The notes under the pieces: generated by a model | Told to the model about the DNA's origin: nothing | Database searches by the model: none | What the model saw: only the letters and a program-made list of their open reading frames with translations | Shown here: positions 57,802 to 64,000 of the stretch, piece by piece | Position numbering within the stretch: position 1 is the stretch's first letter | Layout of the letters: each line of letters opens with the position of its first letter | Assembly: GCA_963700145.1 (NCBI GenBank) | Contig: OY969474.1 | Coordinates: 1,408,001-1,472,000 of the forward strand | Source: an uncultured Acidobacteriota bacterium | GTDB taxonomy: Bacteria; Acidobacteriota; Thermoanaerobaculia; Multivoradales; UBA5704 | Reading direction: 5' to 3' | DNA: 64,000 bases | Made by a program: the position numbers and the translations under genes

Positions 57802-59340
57802 TCAGGCAGGGCGCGCGGCGGCGAAGATCGCCCGCACGGTGTCCACGGTGTCGGCCTCGGCCGCCGGCTTGTCCTCGCGGTAGCGCTTGACGCGGGCGAA
57901 GCGCAGCGCCATGCCGGCCGGGTAGTGCGGGCTCTCCTGGACGTCGTTGAAGGCCACCTCGACGACCAGCTCCGGGCGCAGCGTCACCGTCCAGCCGTCG
58001 GTTTCGACCGCCAGCTCCTGGAAGCGGCGGGTCTGCCAGGCGAGCGTCTCGTCGGTCAGCCCCTTGAAGGTCTTGCCGAGCATCACGAACTGGCCGCTCT
58101 CGGCGTCGCGGGCGCCGAGGTGGAGGTTCGAGAGCCAGCCGTGCCGCCGGCCGTGCCCCCACTCGGCGGCGAGCACCACGAGGTCGAGGGTGTGCGCGGG
58201 CTTCACCTTGAGCCAGGAGAAGCCGCGCCGCCCCGCCTCGTAGGGCGCGTTCGTCGCCTTCGCCATCAGCCCCTCGTGGCCGCGGCGCAGGGCGTCGGCG
58301 AAGAAGGCGTCCGCCGCCTCGGGGTCGGCGGTGACCAGGCGCGGCACCGCCAGCGCCGGCGCCGCCTCGGCCAGCGCCGCGAAGCGCTCGCCGGCCGGGC
58401 GGTCGACGAGGTCCTCGCCGTCGACGTGCAGGAGGTCGAAGAAGAACGGGGTGAGCGGCAGCTCGCCGCGCAGGCGCTCGACGTCGAGCTTGCGCCCGAA
58501 GCGGCGCATCGTGACCTGGAAGGGGTGCGGCGTGCCGTCGGGCCGCAGCGCCAGCACCTCGCCGTCGAGGAGGAGCTGCTGCGCCGGCAGCGCCGCGACC
58601 GCCGCGACCAGCTCCGGCACGGCCTGGGTGACGTCGTTGCCGCGGCGCGAGTAGACCCGCACCTCCTCCCCCACCCGGTGCACTTGGACCCGCGCGCCGT
58701 CGAGCTTGAACTCCAGCGCCGCCTCGCCGAGCCGCCCGAGCGCCGCCTCCAGATCCTCGGCGGGCTGCGCCAGCATCGGCTGCAGCGGCCGGAAGAGCTG
58801 GAGGCGGAAGCGGCCGAGGCCGACGCGCCCCTCGGTCAGCGCGGCGCGCGCCACCGGCGCCAGCTCGCCGGCCAGCATCAGCGCCCGCCGCACCTCGTCG
58901 GCCGGCACCCCGGCGGCGGCGGCCAGCGCCTCGCCCATCAGCCCGGCGAGCGCCCCCTGGCGCAGCTCGCCGAAGATCAGGCGGACGAGGAAGTCCTGCT
59001 CCTCGGCCGTGGCGCGGGCGAGGAGGGCCCCGAGCCGCCGCGCCCGCTCGGCCGTCGAGCCGGCGCCCGAGACGGCGGCGATCGAGGCGAAGGCGGCGTC
59101 CACCTCGGAGAGGGTGAGCGACGGCTCGGCCGCCGCCTCCCCCGGCATCGCCGCCCGCACCGCCGCCCCGCCGAGGCCGATCCGCCCCTGCCGCAGATGC
59201 CCCGAGAGGAAGGCGACCGCGACGTCGATCTCCTCCGGCCGCAGGTGGCGTAAGAGGCCGGCGAGTGCCGCGGTCTTGACCGACCGGGCACGGCTCCCGG
59301 CGACGTGGCGCGAGGTGGCGACGAGCTCGGCGAGGCGCAT
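57802..59340 (-). CDS. ATP-dependent DNA ligase (LigB-like)
   Basis: PMLA, EFKLDG, DGE, FDLL, EGLMAK, WLKVK and LRFAR motifs. Confidence 0.95.
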   Translation of the reverse strand: MRLAELVATSRHVAGSRARSVKTAALAGLLRHLRPEEIDVAVAFLSGHLRQGRIGLGGAAVRAAMPGEAAAEPSLTLSEVDAAFASIAAVSGAGSTAERARRLGALLARATAEEQDFLVRLIFGELRQGALAGLMGEALAAAAGVPADEVRRALMLAGELAPVARAALTEGRVGLGRFRLQLFRPLQPMLAQPAEDLEAALGRLGEAALEFKLDGARVQVHRVGEEVRVYSRRGNDVTQAVPELVAAVAALPAQQLLLDGEVLALRPDGTPHPFQVTMRRFGRKLDVERLRGELPLTPFFFDLLHVDGEDLVDRPAGERFAALAEAAPALAVPRLVTADPEAADAFFADALRRGHEGLMAKATNAPYEAGRRGFSWLKVKPAHTLDLVVLAAEWGHGRRHGWLSNLHLGARDAESGQFVMLGKTFKGLTDETLAWQTRRFQELAVETDGWTVTLRPELVVEVAFNDVQESPHYPAGMALRFARVKRYREDKPAAEADTVDTVRAIFAAARPA

Positions 59341-59376
59341 CGGAGAGCATCCTATGGTCGTCCGTCTTCTCCCTCC

Positions 59377-59394
59377 GTATATACGCGGATATAC
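59377..59394. promoter_or_regulatory. Probable VapBC operator
   Basis: GTATAT-N6-ATATAC inverted repeat about 22 nt upstream of vapB, like enteric vapO sites. Confidence 0.65.
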
Positions 59395-59416
59395 TCGACC
59401 GCCAAGGGGGAGATCC

Positions 59417-59656
59417 ATGGCGAGCGCGAAAGTCTTCCGCAGCGGCAACAGCCAGGCGGTCCGCCTGCCGAAGGAGTTCCGCTTCCCCTCCGGGGTGGAC
59501 GAGGTCGCGGTCCGCCGCCAGGGCGACCGGATCATCCTCGAGCCGCTCGCCCGCGAGGAGTGGCCGGAAGAGTTCTGGCAGGCGTTCGGAACGCTGAGCG
59601 AGGACTTCGAGCGCCCGCGTCAGGTGGCGCAGCGGCGGAAAGACCTCGCCGGGTGA
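59417..59656 (+). CDS. vapB: VapB antitoxin (AbrB/MazE fold)
   Basis: AKVFRSGNSQAVRLPKEFRF. Confidence 0.93.
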   Translation: MASAKVFRSGNSQAVRLPKEFRFPSGVDEVAVRRQGDRIILEPLAREEWPEEFWQAFGTLSEDFERPRQVAQRRKDLAG

Positions 59657-60054
59657 GGTACCTCCTCGACACCAACATCTGCGTCTACGCCCTGAAGCAC
59701 CGCCCGCCCGAGGTGCTGGAACGGTTGCAGGCCGTCGGCAAGGCCGCCGTCGCGGTGAGCGTCATCACGGTGCTGGAGCTGCGGCAAGGGGCTGAGAAGA
59801 GCCAGCAGGCGACCGCCAACCACGCCCGGCTCGACCTCTTTCTCGGACCCCTGCGCGTGCTCCCCTTCGACGAGGAAGCCGCGCTGGCCGGCGCCCGCCT
59901 GCGCGCTCATCTGGAGCGCCTGGGCCGTCCGATCGGCGACCTCGACAGCCTCATCGCCGCGCAGGCGCTGGCCCGGGAGATGGTCCTGGTCACCAACAAC
60001 CTCCGCGAGTTCGAGCGCGTCCCCGCCCTGCAGGTCGAGAACTGGGTCTCCTGA
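59653..60054 (+). CDS. vapC: VapC PIN-domain toxin
   Basis: YLLDTNIC, DSLIAAQA and VTNNLREFERV motifs; GTGA overlap. Confidence 0.95.
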   Translation: MRYLLDTNICVYALKHRPPEVLERLQAVGKAAVAVSVITVLELRQGAEKSQQATANHARLDLFLGPLRVLPFDEEAALAGARLRAHLERLGRPIGDLDSLIAAQALAREMVLVTNNLREFERVPALQVENWVS

Positions 60055-60100
60055 GCGCGGTGCGGCGCCGCGGCCGTGACAGACCCATGCGCCGGTCCGT

Positions 60101-63100
60101 ATGCTCCGCCGCATGTTTTCGATCCGCCGTACCCTGACGTCCTGCTGTCTGCTCGCCTTCTTCGCCGCCCTTCCTCTGGCGGCGCAGCCCCTTCCCTGCC
60201 GGCCGTGCGCCGGCCTGCGCGTCGAGACGGCGTTCGCCGGCGAGGCGCTGGAGGCGTTGGCCGGGGCGCTCCCGGCCGGCGCCGACGCGACCGTCGTCCT
60301 CGCCTGGGAGGCGCCGCTCGACGGCTCCGCCGACTTGGCGCCCCTCGAGCGCGCGGCGGCCCTGGCGCCCCCTCCGGCTCCCGTCCCGGCGGCCGCCCCG
60401 CCAGCGCCCGCCGCCCCGGCGCCGCGGCTCATCCCCTGGCTCACACTCCCCTTCCGCACCCCGTCGCCCCTGGCGCAGCAGGCGGTGCGGCTGCAAGGCG
60501 AGCTGGACGCGGTGTCGCGCCTGGCCGCCGCGGCGCCGCCCGGCACCTTCTTCCAGATCGCCTGGCGGCCGGAAGGGCTCGAGGCGGCGCCGCTCGACTT
60601 CGCCGAGTACGCCTTCCTGCTCAAGCGGGCGGCGGTGGCGGTGACCGGTGCGCGACCGGACGGCCGGGTGGTCACCCAGCCTCTGCGCGCCGGCGCCGAG
60701 GCGGTCGAAGCGCTGTACGCGCAAGAGGTTGCGGCCTACCTCGAGGCGGTCGCGGTGCTTCCGGGCAGGCCCGAAGCGGTCGCGGCCACCGCCGAAGCGG
60801 TCGAGCGGCTGGACCCCGGGCGGCTGGTGGTTCTGGACGCGCCGCCGCTGCCGGACGATCCGCAGACTCTCCCGGCCGAAGCGGCCCGCTGGGCCGTCCG
60901 CGGGGTGTCGCTGGTCCTGTTTCGGGTAGAAAGGGAACAATCGGAGCCCGCGGAAGGCTCCGAAGGGGCTGCGGAAGCTTCCCCGGCGCCTCCGGAAGCT
61001 TCCGCTCCTGCTCCGGAAGCTTCCGTACCTCCTGCGGAAGCTTCCGCTTCGCCTCCGGAAGCTTCCGTACCGCCTCGGGAAGCTTCCGCTTCACCTCCGG
61101 AAGCTTCCGTACCTCCCCGGGAAGCTTCCGCTCCGCCTCCGGAAGCTTCCGCTCCCCCCCGGGAAGCTTCCCTACCCGCTCCGGAAGCTTCCGCACCGTC
61201 TCCGAAAGCCTCCGCGGCGCCCGGGGAGCCTCTCTCCCTACCTGAATCCTTCTTCCAGGCCCTCACCCCCCTCTCCGTCCTGGCCCGGGAGTTCGCCGGA
61301 GATCTTTCTTACGATCCCACTTCGTCTCCGCAAGGCTCCGGCGAGGCCTGGGCCTTCGTGCGCGGGGAGGACCTCGCCCTCCGGGTCATCGCCGTCACCC
61401 CCGCCGCGCCGCAGGTCGACCTCCGCTTCCCCGACCCGCTGCTCGGCAGCCCGGTGATCGTGGACGCCCCGACCGGCCGCACCGTCGAGGCGGCGGGCAA
61501 CCGGGTGGGGGGCGCCTACGTCGTCCGCCTCTACCAGCCCCGCCCGGTGACCCTCCTCCGGCTCGAGCGGGTGGAGCAGGTCGAGCTCGAGGCGGTCAAG
61601 GAGAGGGTCACCGTCGCCGGCGAGCGGGAGGTCCCCGTCGAGGAGATCCTCCGCCGCCTCCAGGCCTTCGAGGACGCCCAGGCGCGCCGCCTCCTCAACT
61701 ACCGCGCCGTCAACACCACCCACCTCCGCTTCCAGGTCGGGGCCAGCTCGCAGAGCTTCGAGGCGACGCTCCAGGGGCCGTTCTTCTGGACCCCGGCGAG
61801 CGGCGCCGACTGGGTCTGGCAGGACCTCTTCGTCAACGGCGTCCGCTGGCGCGCCAAGACGATCCCCGAGATCCCGCTGGTGCAGCCGGAGAAGGCGGCG
61901 GCCATGCCGCTCGAGATCCACTTCACCCGCCAGTACCGCTACCGCCTGCGCGGCAGCGAAAAGATCGACGGCCGCGACGGCTGGGTGGTGGACTTCGCCC
62001 CGACCGCCCTCGAGACCGGGGAGGGGGGCAAGCTCTACCAGGGCACTGTCTGGGTGGACAAGCAGCTCTCCTCGCGCCTGCGCACCCGCGCCGTGCAGGT
62101 GGGGCTCGAAGGGGAGGTCATCTCGAACGAGGAGACCCTCCACTACACGCCGATCGACGCCGAGGGGCGGGCCGCGCCCTGGGGGGCAGCGGGGAGCTTC
62201 GTCCTGCCGCTGCGCATCCTGGCGCAGCAGATCCTCTCGGTCGTCAACGCGGCGACGGTCGTCGAGCGCGAGACCAACCTGACCGAGGTCAAGGTCAACG
62301 ACCCCGGGTTCGAGCAGGCGCGGCAGGCGGCCGCGGAGTCGGACCTGACGATGGTGCGCGACACGCCGCAGGGGCTGCGCTACCTGGTCAAGGACGAGGC
62401 GACCGGCGAGCGGGTGGTCAAGGAGGGCTTCGACAGCAACAAGCTGTTCCTCCTGGGCGGCCTCTTCTACGACGACGCCCTCGACTTCCCGCTGCCTCTG
62501 GCCGGCATCAACTACTTCTCCTTCGACTTCCGCGGCACGGGCCAGCAGGTCAACGCCTTCTTCGGCGGCGCTCTCCTGACCGTGGACGTCGCCGAGCCGC
62601 GCCTTTTCGGCAGCCGCTTCGACGCCGGCGCCGACTTCTTCGCCCTGGCGGTGCCGCTCGCCGACACCGTCTGGCGCGACGACGACGAGGTGCACGAGGA
62701 GGAGGTCGAGACCCGCTCGGGCAACGTCGGCTTCAAGCTCGGCCGGCCGCTCGGGAACTTCGTCAAGGTCTCGTCGGAGTACACGCTCGCCCACCACGAC
62801 TACGGCACGACCGACAACACCATCGCCGGCTTCGTCCCCCCCGGCAACCACCTGACGCACTCGCTGCAGCTCAACGGCCGCTTCGCCCGCGCGGGCTGGC
62901 GCGTCGGGTTGGAGGGGAGCCTGCACCGCCGCTCGGAGTGGGAGCCCTGGGGGCTGCCGGGGAACCCCGACTACTTCGCCGAGGCGCAGGACTACTCGCT
63001 CTGGGGGGCGACGCTGTCGAAGAACTGGTACCTGCCCTACTTCCAGAAGATCGGCGCCGAGGTGAACTACCTGGGCGGCTCCGACCTCGACCGCTTCTCG

Positions 63101-63421
63101 AAGTACGAGTTCGGCTTCTTCGGCGCCAGCCGCGTCCACGGCTACCAGAGCGACCGCGTGCGGGCGACCGAGGTCACCGCCGGGCACCTCTCCTACGGCT
63201 TCGAGATCGGCGAGGCCTTCCGCCTGGAAGCGGTGGCCGACGCGGCGCTCGCCACCGACGAGGACGCCGGCCTCGACCAGGAGCTGCTCGCCGGCATCGG
63301 CGTCAACGGCACCTTCCTCGGCCCCTGGCAGACGGTCGTCAACCTCGACCTGGGCGTCCCGGTGCAGGGGCCGGACGACGGCTTCGTCCTCTACGTCGTG
63401 TTCCTCAAGCTCTTCCGATGA
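60101..63421 (+). CDS. Large exported protein with a probable C-terminal outer-membrane barrel and an internal heptapeptide repeat
   Basis: Signal peptide; alternating beta-strand C-terminus ending FLKLFR; (PEASxPP)n insert. Confidence 0.8.
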   Translation: MLRRMFSIRRTLTSCCLLAFFAALPLAAQPLPCRPCAGLRVETAFAGEALEALAGALPAGADATVVLAWEAPLDGSADLAPLERAAALAPPPAPVPAAAPPAPAAPAPRLIPWLTLPFRTPSPLAQQAVRLQGELDAVSRLAAAAPPGTFFQIAWRPEGLEAAPLDFAEYAFLLKRAAVAVTGARPDGRVVTQPLRAGAEAVEALYAQEVAAYLEAVAVLPGRPEAVAATAEAVERLDPGRLVVLDAPPLPDDPQTLPAEAARWAVRGVSLVLFRVEREQSEPAEGSEGAAEASPAPPEASAPAPEASVPPAEASASPPEASVPPREASASPPEASVPPREASAPPPEASAPPREASLPAPEASAPSPKASAAPGEPLSLPESFFQALTPLSVLAREFAGDLSYDPTSSPQGSGEAWAFVRGEDLALRVIAVTPAAPQVDLRFPDPLLGSPVIVDAPTGRTVEAAGNRVGGAYVVRLYQPRPVTLLRLERVEQVELEAVKERVTVAGEREVPVEEILRRLQAFEDAQARRLLNYRAVNTTHLRFQVGASSQSFEATLQGPFFWTPASGADWVWQDLFVNGVRWRAKTIPEIPLVQPEKAAAMPLEIHFTRQYRYRLRGSEKIDGRDGWVVDFAPTALETGEGGKLYQGTVWVDKQLSSRLRTRAVQVGLEGEVISNEETLHYTPIDAEGRAAPWGAAGSFVLPLRILAQQILSVVNAATVVERETNLTEVKVNDPGFEQARQAAAESDLTMVRDTPQGLRYLVKDEATGERVVKEGFDSNKLFLLGGLFYDDALDFPLPLAGINYFSFDFRGTGQQVNAFFGGALLTVDVAEPRLFGSRFDAGADFFALAVPLADTVWRDDDEVHEEEVETRSGNVGFKLGRPLGNFVKVSSEYTLAHHDYGTTDNTIAGFVPPGNHLTHSLQLNGRFARAGWRVGLEGSLHRRSEWEPWGLPGNPDYFAEAQDYSLWGATLSKNWYLPYFQKIGAEVNYLGGSDLDRFSKYEFGFFGASRVHGYQSDRVRATEVTAGHLSYGFEIGEAFRLEAVADAALATDEDAGLDQELLAGIGVNGTFLGPWQTVVNLDLGVPVQGPDDGFVLYVVFLKLFR
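60952..61213. repeat. Intragenic tandem array of 21-bp units with GGAAGCTTCC palindrome
   Basis: 11 perfect cores every 21 bp from 60973 to 61183, plus degenerate cores at 60952 and 61204. Confidence 0.95.
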
Positions 63422-63738
63422 GCGGCCGGCGCGAGGACGACGAGGAGGACGCCGGCTGGGGCTGGAAGGACGAGCCGGTCGAGCTCGAGATCCGCGACGT
63501 CCTCGACCTCCACAGCTTCCGCCCCGACGAGGTCCCCGACCTGGTGCGCGACTACCTCGACAACGCCTGGCAGCACGGCCTCAAGCAGGTCCGCATCATC
63601 CACGGCCGCGGCACCGGCGTGCAGCGGCAGACGGTGCGCACCTTGGCCGGCCGCGACCCCCACGTCGAAGCCTACGGCGACGCCCCCCCCGAAGCCGGCG
63701 GCTGGGGGGCGACGTGGGTGCGGTTCCTGCGGCGGTAG
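63418..63738 (+). CDS. Smr/MutS2 C-terminal domain protein
   Basis: LDLHSF, VRIIHGRGTG and GGWGATWV motifs. Confidence 0.92.
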   Translation: MSGRREDDEEDAGWGWKDEPVELEIRDVLDLHSFRPDEVPDLVRDYLDNAWQHGLKQVRIIHGRGTGVQRQTVRTLAGRDPHVEAYGDAPPEAGGWGATWVRFLRR

Positions 63739-63747
63739 GCTCGCCGC

Positions 63748-64000
63748 ATGAGGCGCTCGTTGCGGCGGCTGGCACACGCGGTGCGGCCGCGGCGGGTGGA
63801 GCTGGTTTACGACGAGCGGTACGCCGTCGAGCTGCCGGGGACGCTTCACGATCCGCTGCGCGGCGAGCGGATCCTCGCGTTCCTCGGCGACGAGGGGCTG
63901 GTCGACGCGAAGAAGGTGCTGCGGCCGGAGCCGGCTTCTTACCGCGACCTGCTGCGCGTCCACGGCGCCGAGTACCTGGAGTCGCTCCACCGGCCGGGCG
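63748..64000 (+). CDS. Histone deacetylase family protein (5' part)
   Basis: LVYDERY...HDPLRGERILAFL...PEPASYRDLLRVHGAEYLESL; runs off the window end. Confidence 0.75.
   Translation, partial: MRRSLRRLAHAVRPRRVELVYDERYAVELPGTLHDPLRGERILAFLGDEGLVDAKKVLRPEPASYRDLLRVHGAEYLESLHRPG

Noticed and set aside
1-64000. tRNA, rRNA, integrase, transposase, reverse transcriptase or prophage genes
   Set aside because: None recognised. The window is almost fully accounted for by protein-coding genes, though small RNAs could be missed by eye.

Overview
Very GC-rich bacterial chromosome segment. An ADOP-type duplicated permease and the general gene content suggest Acidobacteriota, possibly Thermoanaerobaculia-like (inference). 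It contains: (i) a large surface-glycan locus (about 1-19 kb) with GT4 glycosyltransferases, several GT-C-like polytopic membrane proteins and a WcaJ-type initiating transferase; (ii) several toxin-antitoxin-type genes (orphan HicB, DUF6883/DUF4926, DUF433 with a truncated PIN toxin, VapBC); (iii) secreted enzymes (S1/P1 nuclease, matrixin, S8 protease, a frameshifted PQQ dehydrogenase); (iv) a MoxR-DUF58-transglutaminase operon apparently split by about 9 kb; (v) recA followed by a DUF4071/TPR/SLOG-like conflict protein; (vi) a MoxR-DUF58-SpoIIM-RDD-DUF4350-DUF4129 cluster with zinc-finger membrane proteins; (vii) an ATP-dependent DNA ligase, a large outer-membrane protein, an Smr protein and a partial HDAC gene. 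The most striking unexplained signal is a recurring module. Two paralogous ~125-aa helical proteins (2858-3235 and 36924-37307; 37 of 104 positions identical without gaps; motif LRGxFGTKxxxLxxFGxRPR plus a basic Pro-rich tail) each lie directly downstream of a ~240-260 bp palindromic tandem array with 21/42-bp periodicity and a GAAGC(TTC) core. A third 21-bp GGAAGCTTCC array, with no partner gene, sits in frame inside an unrelated gene at about 61 kb. All family names are from motif recognition by eye; no database searches were run.
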